Program-made: the position numbers and the translations under genes | Assembly: GCF_006345805.1 (NCBI RefSeq) | Contig: NW_021836539.1 | Span: 1-23,781, forward strand | Direction of reading: 5' to 3' | DNA: 23,781 nt | Source: Octopus sinensis | Lineage: Eukaryota | Shown: one piece after another, positions 1 through 11,395 of the stretch | Position numbering within the stretch: the stretch's first letter is position 1 | How the letters are laid out: each line of letters opens with the position of its first letter | The notes under the pieces: generated by a model | Told to the model about the DNA's origin: nothing | Seen by the model: the letters and a program-made list of their open reading frames with translations, nothing else | Databases searched by the model: none

Positions 1-29
1 ATATATATATGTATGTGTGTGTATATGTT

Positions 30-237
30 TGTGTGTCTGTGTTTGTCCCCCCAACATCGCTTGACAACCGATGCTGGTGTGTTTAAGTCCCCGTAACTTA
101 GCGGTTCGGCAAAAAAGACCGATAGAATAAGTACTAGGCTTACAAAGAAAAAGTCCTGGGGTCGATTCGCTCGACTAAAAGGCGCTGCTCCAGCATGGCC
201 ACAGTCAAATGACTGAAACAAGTAAAAGAGTAACAGA
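30..237 (+). mobile_element. SINE type A (microsatellite-containing, octopus-like), 3' half
   Basis: GTTTGTCCCCCCAACATCGCTTGACAACCGATGCTGGTGTG...GACTGAAACAAGTAAAAGAGTAA aligns by eye with the 3' halves of the copies at 8375-8757 (minus) and 21524-21955. Confidence 0.85.
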
Positions 238-239
238 GT

Positions 240-625
240 ATATATTTGAATACATGCATATACACATACATACAAACACACACACACACACATATATATG
301 CATATATGCGTGGATGCATGTATTTATGTATGTACGCGTGTACTTATGTTCATGTGTTCAAATGCGTATGTGGTTGTATGTAGGTTAGGTATGTACATAC
401 GATAGTCGTACGTACGTACGTGTGTTTGCGTTTGAGTGTAAGTGCACCCGTACGTATGTGTCTACTTATAAACGTATACATTTTTTTGTTATTTTTTCAT
501 TTCCTTTTTTGTTTTACTATTTATTTTTTTGTATGTGTGTCAAGGGGCGTTACTCGTCGTTACTCATCACGGTTGTCCAAGAAGGATTGGAATACAGATC
601 TATTGAGGTGGAAGATGTGTCAGTT

Positions 626-660
<35 letters not shown>

Positions 661-841
661 ATCTCTCCGTTTCCATTTCTGTCTCCCTCTCTATCCCTTC
701 TCTCGCTCTCTCTTTTTGTATCTCTCTTTCTCTTCTTTGCTCCTTTCCTCTCTATATGTTTCTCATTTTCTATGTGTATGTATATGTATGTGTTTATATA
801 GCTGTCTGAGTATGTGTGTGTGTGTATGTGTGTGTGTGTGT

Positions 842-884
<43 letters not shown>

Positions 885-971
885 CATACATACATACATA
901 TATGTATATATATATGTCTGTATGTCTGTCTGCATATATATCACTCCCATCTTTGTTGCTCTCTTTCTCGC

Positions 972-1002
<31 letters not shown>

Positions 1003-1032
1003 TACTGTGTTTCTCTGTCTCCCTGTCTCTCA

Positions 1033-1063
<31 letters not shown>

Positions 1064-1100
1064 CCTCTCGCTTTCTTCCTCGCTCTCTTTCTCATTTTCT
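240..1100. repeat. Compound microsatellite field (CA/TG, TA, TACA, CT/TC)
   Basis: Direct reading, e.g. (TC)n ~628-657, (TA)n ~845-881, (TC)n ~960-1065. Confidence 0.95.
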
Positions 1101-1249
1101 ATGACAAACCAATACTCCGTCTGCTGTTATTCTTTTCTCCTATTTCAATGCGTATGATTATCAAAAATACATTCACTGTTTTGGAACTAACTCTTCATTG
1201 TAACATAATGCCACTTCTCTTTGGACATTTATTTATTTACGAAGTAGAA

Positions 1250-1362
1250 CCACTCCACCAACCACCACCAGCCACGCCACCACCACCACCGTCGACACCA
1301 CCACCAACACTAACACCACCAACACCACCACCAACATCACCACCACCACCACCACCACCACC
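1250..1362. repeat. Imperfect (CCA)n trinucleotide tract
   Basis: CCACCAACCACCACCAGCCACGCCACCACCACC...; source of the poly-Pro stretch in ORF 422-1543. Confidence 0.9.
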
Positions 1363-1409
1363 ACTCCTTCACTTTCTTACTACACTTCGTTTAATTGTAT
1401 TTTTTTTAC

Positions 1410-1607
1410 TGTCACACACATATACATATAGGCGTATGTATATGCATGTACATGCGTGTGTATATGTATATATATTTACACACACACAAATACACACACA
1501 CACATACATACACACACGCACGCACATACATATACATACATAACGCACACAAACTTATACGTATATATGTATATACATATGTACACAAATACACATGCAA
1601 ATATGTT

Positions 1608-1644
<37 letters not shown>

Positions 1645-1880
1645 AGACCCCGCCACACACGCACATGAGTACACTTATACCTGTGCAAGAATACTGAGAT
1701 TTGTTATCATATATCGGTCCGTATATATCTTTATTTATCTATTTATCTACCTAGCTATTTATCTATTCTCTTTCTCTCTCTTTAACTCTCTTTCTCTCTC
1801 TTTAACTCTCTTTAATTCTCTCTCTCCCTCGTTCACTCTCTCCCTCTCTCACCCCCTTTCCCTCTTTCTCTCCCACTTCC
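1410..1880. repeat. (CA)/(TA)/(TC) low-complexity tracts
   Basis: Direct reading. Confidence 0.9.
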
Positions 1881-3174
1881 TTCCTGTCTTGCCTCCGTTT
1901 TCTTTCTCTTTCATTCGCGTTTATTCATTTACCCGTGTCATCATAGTTATTATTCACTTCGTTGACGCTATGAATAGATGCTGATATAATTTGGAGGCAC
2001 CTCGAACGAAAACCTCCCAGGAGGTCATAATCTTACAGACTCGACTGAATCAAGAGGATTTAACGACTTAATACTGTTGTCTTATAAAGGCGCGATGAAG
2101 TAGCCGAAACGTTGGAGGGGGTAGATGGATCTCGTACAATATACAGCATTTTGCCTCAAGTTTATTCACCTACTCTTATACAAGGATACTCACCAGGCAC
2201 TGTACAGCAGCCAATTCTAACTTTAATCAAAATTCATTATCTTACAAGGGATAACTTGGATAATGCAGTCCTAGAGACATTTTTAAAAAGTCATAATAAA
2301 AGGCAGGATTTGTGATGGCTGGAATGCAACTAGGGGTCGAATCGGCAGAGGATTGATAACATGTAAAATACGTAGGGTTACTAGAAATACTTGTTTTGGT
2401 TATTTATGTTGTGAGTATTAATTCCGCTGAGATCAACTTTGCTTTAATTTTTCTGTAGTCGATAAAATAAAGCAATAATCTAAAATGGCAAACTGGTGTT
2501 ATAGCGGAAACATTGAACATAATTTTTTGCGCTATTTTCCCCGGTTTCTTGTGTTCTGAGTGCTCAAATGGGTGTAGAGAATGTGTCTGTATCTAGACGA
2601 CTAAATGGTAACCTTAAAGTAAAAATACCCGAAAGAAATTAATAAGAATCATTTGTATTCTCTCACGAAAACGCCACAAGTTCAAGGAAGTCAACCGGGA
2701 CAATATTAAAGAGTTGGAATGAGAGCTCATTCTCCAGTCGCAAACCTCATGGCTTGAAAGATCTGAAAGAAGAAATGCATTTGTGGAGATATCTGAAGAT
2801 TTAATGTTAACCTTTGTTTTCTTAGCAGATTGATATTCAGCCAATGTTAGATGCATTACAATGCCAGATAGACTGACATGCAGTATCTGCTCTGGCTCTC
2901 TGCGTTTTAAGTTCATAGCTCACCAGAGTTAAAATCGGTTTTCATTTCGAGGCCGATAAAAAACATGTCCCATTCTACAACATCGAATTTTCAAAACTGT
3001 TAGGTCGGACGAAAAGCTTCGCAGTATTTGTTTCGGCGTCTTGCATTTTTAGAGCAGCGCCTGCGACGACACTAGCGCCAGTGTGTATTGGCCTAAGTCG
3101 GTGGCCTTTCCTTTGGATGTACATCGATAATATAGAACGAGAGACATGGACAACTCACACACACACGCAAACAT

Positions 3175-3238
<64 letters not shown>

Positions 3239-3662
3239 TCATATACATATAATCTCCAGCGAGTTAAAACGGGATCTCCTAACGACAATGTGAACTTCAA
3301 GGTATGCTTGGCCTGAAGAGAAACTTGCGGTTTATCCCTCGTTTGGATAATTTACTACTTTCAAGGTTCCGCTCGCTATGAAACATATATGTAGCCTGGA
3401 TTTTATCTACTCAATTCCCTAGTTTTTTTACGTTTATTCGCATATACAAAAACCCCTGTTGCTAACCGTGAAATATAAAATGAACTTTTTTCAGCTTATT
3501 GTACTCCGATACGGGAAAAATTCACAACGTTCAGCATCAACAAACCACTATTGTTCCTGAAAGTTGTTTTTGTATCTTCTACGGATCTTTTGAAGCTCAC
3601 TGACTTCCTATAAATTTATCCTTGGATCTTACCTTTACATAGCTCAAGAAAAAGCAATACAG

Positions 3663-4662
3663 TTAACCAAAGTATGCACCTAAATTTTCAACATAATTTT
3701 GCCATTTTATCGATTGCTTATTTATACCGACAGCGAAGAATTCTGGAGAGCAAGAGATGATGAAATCACGAAAGGCTGTTTTTGTTCTTCATGCGTGAAA
3801 TTTTATCTTTTGAAAACGTTGTCTAATGCCTGGAAAACATGATAGTTTGTTGGTGCAAGGTCTGGTGAATATGGTGGATGACAGAGTACTTCCAAATTCA
3901 GTTCCTGCAACTTGAGTAGCGTTCTTTGTTCAACATGTGGTCGAAAATTGGCCTGTCTCTATTGATCAATCTCGGTTGTTTAATTGCAAGTTCACTCATC
4001 ATTTCATCCACTTGATTGATGCATACGTCTGTTGTTATTGACTTACGAGGTCTCATAAAGCTGGAGTGGATGACACCAGCGCTGGACCACCAAACATATA
4101 CTATTAGATTTGTTTGGTGAATATTCTTTTTTGGATTGTGTTTTGGTACTTCGTCTCTACACAACCGCCATGCAGAAGGCTTGCTATTGTTGAAAAGAAT
4201 CTATTTTTCATCACACGTAACAATACGATGCATAAATGGTTCGCTTTTATGTCGTGACATCAAAGAACAGCAAGTTTAACGACGACATATCGTTTGGTGC
4301 TCGTTCAGTTCGTGTGGTACCTACTTGTCCAGCTTCTTTACCTTGCCGGTTTGTTTCAGATGGCCAAATACAGTTGGAATCAAAACATCAAACCTTGCTG
4401 CAAACTCACGCGTAGTTTGAGATGCATCCGCTTCCACTATAGTTTCCAGCTCATCACTATACATCTTAATCTCAGGTCTATCACGGGGCTGATTTCCAAG
4501 TGTAAAGCCACCAGACCCGAACTTCTCAAACCATCGACGTACCCTGCGCTCATTCGCCACATCTTCACCGAACACCACAATGATGTTTTGAGCTGTTTGG
4601 GCTGAATTGGTTCCACGACGGAACTCATATTTATAAACAAGACGAATTTTTTATCTCTCCAT
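3663..4662 (-). pseudogene. Near full-length inactivated mariner (Tc1/mariner DDD) transposase, Hsmar1/Mos1-like
   Basis: Manual minus-strand translation: MER*KIRLVYKYEFRRGTNSAQTAQNIIVVFGEDVANERRVRRWFEKF (HTH), LDK*VPHELNEHQ (WVPHEL motif), RIVTCDEK*ILFNN (first catalytic D), VYVWWSSAGVIH, then after a frameshift LQELNLEVLCHPPYSPDLAPTNYHVFQALDN (YSPDLAP) and a terminal WQNYVENLGAYFG*. Several stops and frameshifts. Confidence 0.93.
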
Positions 4663-4847
4663 GGGTTCACAAAAATCGATATACAAGAGAAAACTAAAAT
4701 AATATAACCAGATACCAAGAAATACATTTCGAAAAGTTATGATGTAACTCTTCAATGTTGTAAAACAAAGAATTGTCAGGATAAAACATTAGAATTAACG
4801 AATGTCAAACTTGATGCATAAAAAATCTATTTCATTCTTAATGACTG

Positions 4848-4909
<62 letters not shown>

Positions 4910-5047
4910 CTTTAAGAATGAATTTTGTGTGTGTGTGTGTATGTGTATGTATATATACATATATATAATATATATACATATATATATATGTATATATATG
5001 TTATATATGTATGTATATATATATATATATATATTATGATATATATA

Positions 5048-5113
<66 letters not shown>
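4848..5113. repeat. Long (TA)n/(TG)n microsatellite
   Basis: Direct reading; abuts the 5' side of the mariner copy. Confidence 0.95.
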
Positions 5114-5116
<3 letters not shown>

Positions 5117-5689
5117 TAAGATTATTTTTAATTTAAAGAAATCTTCATATATAATACTCTTTGTGCATTTTCAACTTCTTTTATTTTTCCTATACTAATA
5201 ATTGCATGAATTAATAAAAGAAATGACGAACTCCCACGTCGAAGACGATGTATGAGTGTTTAGAGAGAAGACAAAAAAGATCCAACCAAATAGACAATCA
5301 ACAACACGCTCACGTTATAATTAACTACTTTACACCAATGTTTACAATTCATTCACTTCGACCAGTGACTCCTTATTTGAGTCCTCGGGCCACCAAAAGC
5401 AATATGGATATGAGCATGACTTTTTAAACCAGCACGTGATCTAGCTTGTGGACAATGGTGGTTTGCTTGTATGGATTAGTAACACCATGTGTGTGTGTGT
5501 GTGTGAATAGTTAAATAACCCTACCTATATACAGGATAACAAACTTAAAATATCTGTTTGAAAACCACTTTTAAGCGAGAAAGTCACCACAGAGTCTCCA
5601 TATATAGTCACCAAATAATTTATTAACATCAAATGACTAAAATGGAAAATTATTAGAAAAACAATTTCTATTCATTTCTTCAACTACAC

Positions 5690-5723
<34 letters not shown>

Positions 5724-6567
5724 CATTCTAAACTTATATTCTTTTTCTACCAGTAGACCCCTTTTTACCTACCAGTAGAGCCCTATTTCCCCATATGTTT
5801 CTGAGACAGTTTTATCTCTTGCGTGTCAGGCTGATCTGTCGCCTTCTTTTCGGCTCTGTCGCCTTCTTTTCAGACTTCTTTCCCAGTCGTTAGTTTGTTT
5901 TTTATTGATGATACTATCGGTTTGCTTTCGGTTCTTCTACGAGTTGCTATTCACCCAATATTTTCATATTTCACCCCTGCTCAATACATAACGTTTGTGT
6001 CCTTGCGGCCAATAAGAATTAATTAAGATAGTAAAAGAAACTGTGTGGTGGACCCGGTTGAAAGATTTAAGGACAGTTTCCACTTTCAAGCCAAACATTT
6101 AGCACCTTCTTCAAGTATCACTTACAGGACGGAGATGAGGGAGGAGCAGGACATGTTGTTCTCTAGTAATTTTTTGTTAGGTAAGAGAAAGTGGCGTAAT
6201 TGGTGTAGCTAAATGGGCTCGAACTAACTTTGCTACTGTAAGTTGGCAGAAAGAACTGGGAGAAGGCATTTGCCTTAGCTGTGTCGAGATACTCCATGTT
6301 TATAATAAACAACAACTTGAATCCCCATTTCTGGCTGCCCCTCTACTTCTTTGGGGAGAGGGGGTGGTTCTAAGTCTTATTTTGTTCAATACTGTTAATA
6401 CTGTTAGTTATTTTCCATTAATCAACGTGTCTTTATTGTGAATGCTGATCTCACGCTGTAACTGAATGCAAATACATTTAAACCACCGCTGTTTCTTGTT
6501 TGTTTTCTTTCGTTTTTGTTTTTGTGGTTTCTGCAAACTTTCAGTTCCTTGTGGTCAAAAAAGGAAC

Positions 6568-6598
6568 TTCTCTTCTTCTTCTTCTTCTTCTTCTTCTT

Positions 6599-6674
<76 letters not shown>
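6568..6674. repeat. (TTC)n(TTA)n compound microsatellite
   Basis: Direct reading; reads as a (TAA)n(GAA)n tail 3' of the minus-strand LINE fragment at 6675-6916. Confidence 0.95.
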
Positions 6675-6675
<1 letters not shown>

Positions 6676-6916
6676 TTTTTTTTTCTCTTCTTTCAAATTT
6701 GCTTCTATTTCTTGCCGAGTGTCTTCCCGACTCCTAGGGCAAAGAAACTCTCATAGTATACATTGGTAGGCCATTAAACCAAACTCAATAGTTCGTTCAT
6801 TTTTTTTTTTTTTAAGTTAAATTAAAATACATGAGCAGCAACAGTTCTCACATCGACAATGCTCTTCTCAATACGTGTGATGTACCAGTTAAGACAATCT
6901 TTTGCACTTCTTGCAA
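6675..6916 (-). mobile_element. R4/Dong-like (RLE) non-LTR retrotransposon, extreme C-terminus plus 3' UTR
   Basis: Minus strand encodes QEVQKIVLTGTSHVLRRALSM* (stop 6848-6850), followed by a 3' UTR homologous to 7522-7660 and a (TAA)n tail. Confidence 0.7.
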
Positions 6917-6917
6917 A

Positions 6918-6918
<1 letters not shown>

Positions 6919-6971
<53 letters not shown>

Positions 6972-7047
6972 GTTATTATTATTATTATTATTATATTATT
7001 ATTATTATTATTATTATCATTATTATTATTATTAGTATTATTATTAT
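6919..7047. repeat. (ATT)n microsatellite
   Basis: Direct reading. Confidence 0.95.
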
Positions 7048-7375
7048 TCAGTAGTATATTTTTTAGCGTGCTTTCACTTCACTACCGAGCACTTATATTC
7101 CTCTTGATGCCTTCTGATACTGTTCCCAAGGATCCAACAATAATTGGCACTATCTTCACCTTCATTTTACATAGCCGGGCTATTTCGTACTTAAGAGAGT
7201 TGTATTTATCTATTTTTTCGCCTTCTTTCTTGGTTATTCGTTGGTCAAAGGAGCCTTCAATATTAACTATACAGTTTGTGTAGTGCATTTTGTTGACTAC
7301 CATTAGGTCTGGTCTGTTATGCACCTGATCTGTTTGGACTGGGAAATCCCAGAGGATTTTACTAGTCGCCGACTC
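7048..7375 (-). mobile_element. R4/Dong-like LINE fragment encoding the restriction-like endonuclease domain
   Basis: SKILWDFPVQTDQVHNRPDLMVVNK...IVNIEGSFDQRITKKEGEKIDKYNSLKYEIARLCKMKVKIVPIIVGSLGTV carries the RPD...D...K..KY signature of R2-superfamily RLE domains; it ends in a (TAA)n tail. Confidence 0.85.
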
Positions 7376-7376
7376 A

Positions 7377-7521
7377 TAATTATTATTATTATTATTATTA
7401 TTGTTGTTGTTGTTGTTGTTATTATTATTGTTGTTGTTGTTGCTGTTGTTGTGTTGTTGTTGTTGTTGTTGTGGTGGTGGTGGTGGTGGTTGCTGTTGTT
7501 GTTGTTGTTGTTGTTAATATT
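7377..7521. repeat. (ATT)(GTT)(GGT)(GTT) compound trinucleotide tract
   Basis: Direct reading. Confidence 0.95.
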
Positions 7522-7815
7522 ATCTCTTCATTCAGTTTTGTCGCCATTTCTTGTCGAGTGTCTTCTCAACACCTAGAGCGCAGAAACTCATTATATACAT
7601 TACTAGGCCATTAAAATAAAGACACCAGATAGTTCGTTTAAAAAATCAAATTATGGGGTAAGAAAAGCTTACATGGGTATGCTCTTTTCAATACGTGTGA
7701 TGTACTAGATAAAACAATCTTTCGCACTTCTTATATTGATGGTAAGCCAGGAATCATTCTCAAATAATTTTCAGTTCCTTTTTTATCATTCCAAGTGCTT
7801 CTACACTCAGTGGTA
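7522..7815 (-). mobile_element. R4/Dong-like LINE C-terminus plus 3' UTR (relative of 6675-6916)
   Basis: Minus strand with a frameshift: PLSVEALGMIKK(G)TENYLRMIPGLPSI*EVRKIVLSSTSHVLKRA; the 3' UTR shares GAGTGTCTTC..CCTAG..AGAAACTC..TAGGCCATTAAA..ATAGTTCGTT with the 6675 copy. Confidence 0.7.
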
Positions 7816-8374
7816 TGGTAACTGCCTTGAGATGCCTCTCTTTTTTCAATTTCAATGAGCAAGCCCTTATATTTTCTAAGCTCTTCAAATTCTTTTGCCG
7901 AGATGTCGGCAAACAGACTTTATTATTTTGGTTCTTACGATTATATGAGAATTTGACAACGAGTGGGTGGACATTTCATGTATCTCGACTTTGTTTTCTA
8001 GTCATTTTTGATGATCTAACTACAGTTAAGTTGAAAAATAGTTACTTTTGAGACTCACATGATCCCTGCTAGTTCCACCTTTGAGTTTGTTTGAAAATGA
8101 GAGATTAAGATTACATTAAAATATTTAAAGAAAAAGAAATATATATTCAATAATTAGTGCTAGCATAGTACTCCCCTTTCTACAGAGATTACTTTCAGAG
8201 AATTTTCGGGAAAGGGTGAAAAAGTCCTCGAAAGAAATTGTTTTCAACATAATTGAAATGAAATCATCAAAATGTATGAGGTAAAAAAAAATGTCTGAAA
8301 TATCTCCCGCTCTATTCCTTTTGCTTTTCACTTTAAATTCCGATATAATCGTTATCTACGCCATCTGAATGATA

Positions 8375-8757
8375 TTTACTCTTTTACTTGTTTCAGTCAT
8401 TTGACTGCGGCCATGCTGGAGCACCGCCTTTAGTCGAGCAAATCGATCCCGGGACTTATTCTTTGTAAGCCCAGTACTTAGTCTATCGGTCTCTTTTGCT
8501 GAACCGCTAAGTGATGGGGACGTAAACACACCAGCATCGGTTGTCAAGCAATGCTAGGGTGACAAACACACACACATACAATATATATATATATATATAT
8601 ACATATATACGACAGGCTTCTTTCAGTTTCCAAGGCATTGGTCGGCCCGGGGCTATAGCAGAAGACACTTGCCCAAGATGCCACGCAGTGGGACTGAACC
8701 CGGAACCATGTGGTTAGTTAGCAAGCTACTTACCACACAGCCACTTCTGCGCCTATA
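8375..8757 (-). mobile_element. SINE type A, near full length with internal (CA)(TA) tract
   Basis: Minus strand TATAGGCGCAGAAGTGGCTGTGTGGTAAGTAGCTTGCT...GGTTCCGGGTTCAGTCCCACTGCGTGGCATCTTGGGCAAGTG gives a tRNA-like head with A/B-box-like motifs, followed by the body shared with 30-237. Confidence 0.9.
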
Positions 8758-9299
8758 GAATTTGTAGAAAATTTCATTAAAAAAAATGTCCATTTCCCTG
8801 AAAGTTACGAGGAAACAAAATGGTGAGTAGGGTTGCATTTTTGTATTTATTCCCAATTGACTTAAGTAAATCAAAACCAGTTTTCTTATACCGTTACAAA
8901 TATCTTCAACAACACTCAACAAATATTAAAGGATACTGGAATCAACATAATTTAGCTGACGCTGGATTAAACTCGTAATTTAGAGAAAGTAGCGTTGCAA
9001 ATATTTAACAACCTTTATATTTCTAGAAGTATAAAGAGACACTAAAAAGCACTACTCTGCAATAAATTGAAATGTTATACTGAATAAAATTTTTGATTGT
9101 AATGTGTGTTTGAAATATTCAATAATAAACAGTGTGGAGAAGCCTGAGCACAGGTCTGACAAGGAAAAGCAGATTCGAGGTATCTATGAGGAGGTCGAGA
9201 TTAGGCTTCACGTTTCTGATTCACGTACTACTTACTGAGGAAACACTTAACAGAACAGACCTTCCCTTTCGGTGTTCTGGTGTCTTAGACACTGATATA

Positions 9300-10040
9300 G
9301 CGCTACCGATGGATAAACTCACGGTAGTGGTGCATTGGACATCATACTTTGAGGATTTGTATAGGTGGATTAACCTAATACTGTTCTGAATAAAGTGATG
9401 CCTTTGACATCGGTGACCGACCTGCCAGTCAGCATAAGTATCCCTCTTCGGGTGACCGCCGCGACTGTAACAACTATAGAGTTGTTATTTTTTCTCTCAG
9501 TGCTCGGCGAGGTCGTTGCCAGTCTTAAAAAGACTCAGGCATGCTGGTGCAGATAGGGACACATTGGACAAAGGGTTTGGCGCTGTCAATATCTAAGCAA
9601 GAAGAAAGTTCGGGTTTTCAGGTCTTGCTTTACAGTTACGAGACTTGGACACTCTCCGTGGCCCTTAAAGGCCGCCTAAATTCCTCTAGTATCTGGACAC
9701 TTCGTGTGATTATGGGTTGCCATTTACTGGATTATTTACCCAACAAAGGACTATACTCAGAAGTTGAAATGCATTCAGTTGTATGATTTGGAAGTGTCAG
9801 CTTCGACTATTTGGTGATGTTGCTCGATTTTTCGAGTTGGATCATGCGAACCGTGTTTTCTGAAAATCCGTCTGAGGTAATGGCCTGTGTTGTTCTACCA
9901 CGTGCCTCATGGACACGGAGGATGAGAGAGTATCTCGCAGAAATGAGAACGGAGGGTTGGCCAAGAATAGCCGAGCAGATATCGACAAATGATGGATGCA
10001 GCGACGCGCTGCAACAGCATTTGACCCTATGGTCGCCCTG
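9300..10040 (+). mobile_element. RTE-clade LINE ORF2 remnant with an internal deletion
   Basis: Across frameshifts: WTSYFEDLY ... QRVWRCQYLSKKKVRVFRS ... LLYSYETWTLSVALKGRLN ... QLRLFGDVARF ... PRASWTRRM. This matches the RTE C-terminal pattern LLYGCETWTL / QLRxxGHVAR / GRPRxxW. Confidence 0.7.
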
Positions 10041-10111
10041 ATATTCATAAGTACCTTTTGATAAAAATATATTAAAACAGAAATTTTCCAGGCAGTCTAT
10101 CTTTTAATACT
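9874..10111 (+). repeat. Donor arm of 238-bp inverted duplication (partner 11473-11710)
   Basis: Reverse complement matches 11473-11710 with 5 substitutions that I could find. ORFs 9842-10048(-) and 11536-11778(+) share MNIRAxIGxNAVAARRCIHH... Confidence 0.97.
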
Positions 10112-10280
10112 TACTTTCATTCAGTAAAAGCTATGTAATCCCAATTAACTAATAAGCAACTTTCTCCGTTTTAATATAGATTCCGAAGCGATGAAAGCCA
10201 AAACTGACTTCGCCCGGAAAAATTCCATAAAATGTATTTCCAACATTCTAACAGTTCTGCCAGTTCGTAATCTTAATAAT

Positions 10281-10489
10281 GGTTTCATATGTTGGCACAA
10301 GGCCAGCAATTTCGAGGGAGGTGTAAACCGATTCCAACAACCCCAGTGTACAACTAGGGCTTATTTTATCGACCTCGTGATGATGGATAGCGAAGAGGAC
10401 CGCGGCGGAATCTGAACTCAGAACGTAGTGGCAGACGAAATACCGCTTAGCATTTCGCCCAGCGTGCTAACGATTCTGCCAACTCACCG
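10281..10489 (-). mobile_element. SINE type B (GGCGGCGAGCTGGCAGAA head)
   Basis: Reverse complement of the type-B pattern: ...GAACTCAGAACGTAG..GACGAAATACCGCTTAGCATTTCGCCCAGCGTGCTAACGATTCTGCC. Confidence 0.85.
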
Positions 10490-10545
10490 ACTTTTTCACC
10501 GACTTTTTCACCGACTTTTTCACCACCTTCATAATAATTTTCAAA

Positions 10546-10648
10546 GGGATGGTGTTGGTCAATTACATCCCCGCCGGTCCTTGACTGGTACATTATTTTT
10601 CTGACCCCGAAAGAGGGAAAGGCAAACTCGACCTCAGCTTCATTTAAA
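10546..10648 (-). mobile_element. SINE type B partial (central domain)
   Basis: GACCCCGAAAGAGGGAAAGGCAAACTCGACCTC matches the reverse complement of GTCGACTTTGCCTTTCATCCTTTCGGGGTC. Confidence 0.65.
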
Positions 10649-11395
10649 TTTTGTCAGAAACTATCGATTCTCCAATTCCCCGCCCTTCAAATAATAATAT
10701 TAATATAGAATAAAGCAAAAAAATTTTTAACAAAAATAAACTATGACGGTCATATAGTAAAATTACGGTCTGTTCGTGTATTCTTCAATAGATTTATGAT
10801 TTTGATGCAGACTTAAAATAAACATAAAGAATAATTAAATAAATACAAGCATGACTGAATGAAAGAAATGAAAAAGAAGGAAAGAAAGCATGAATGGATG
10901 GATGAACAAATAAATAAATAATTAAGTAAATAAATAAAGCTGATATTTTAGGGGTTTGTATCTCCAAATTAAGCAAAATATTTATTTTCCCCTCTCAACA
11001 GTCATGTTGAAAATCTATTTCTTTTATATATATATATATAATATATATATATATATACCTAATTCCATAAATGCATAAAATCGATATATTTGCTTTTTTT
11101 CATCTTCGATGATATAAGCACCAGTTGATCACAGGAGTCGATATTGCTGGCCTTCTGCTAAAATTCAAAACTAATATAATATTAAGAGAAAAAAAACATA
11201 TTAGGAAATTGAAATAAAATCTTTGGCTCACTAGACTGTGTGTCTTGAGACAGTCGATAATTCACTCTTGGAATGTGCTCATATGCATTAAAAATACAAT
11301 GAAAAGTAACAGAAAATCTCTGATTTAATCTTTCGAGTTTGAATTGATGGAGAAATATTCAAACTATAAATTGAAGCAAAAATTAACAGACGCCA

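Noticed and set aside
422-1543. 373-aa ORF, the longest in the window
   Set aside because: It consists of translated (TC), (TA), (CA) and (CCA) microsatellites and has no domain-like sequence.
2090-2115. GCGATGAAGTAGCCGAAACGTT, hammerhead-like
   Set aside because: The core has two mismatches, helix II is negligible, and there is no helix I complement.
2610-2930. Possible exon or ORF in complex sequence
   Set aside because: All frames I read are interrupted or unrecognisable, and there is no convincing splice-site pair.
4825-4850. Mariner terminal inverted repeat
   Set aside because: No matching partner was found near 3600-3660, so TIRs are not called.
5890-5995. FIDDTIG...FHP, reminiscent of a Penelope RT YxDD region
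   Set aside because: Too short and degenerate to support without a profile search.
6078-6120. Minus-strand TTGAAGAAGG...TTGAAAG, hammerhead-like
   Set aside because: Helix II does not pair and C3 is absent.
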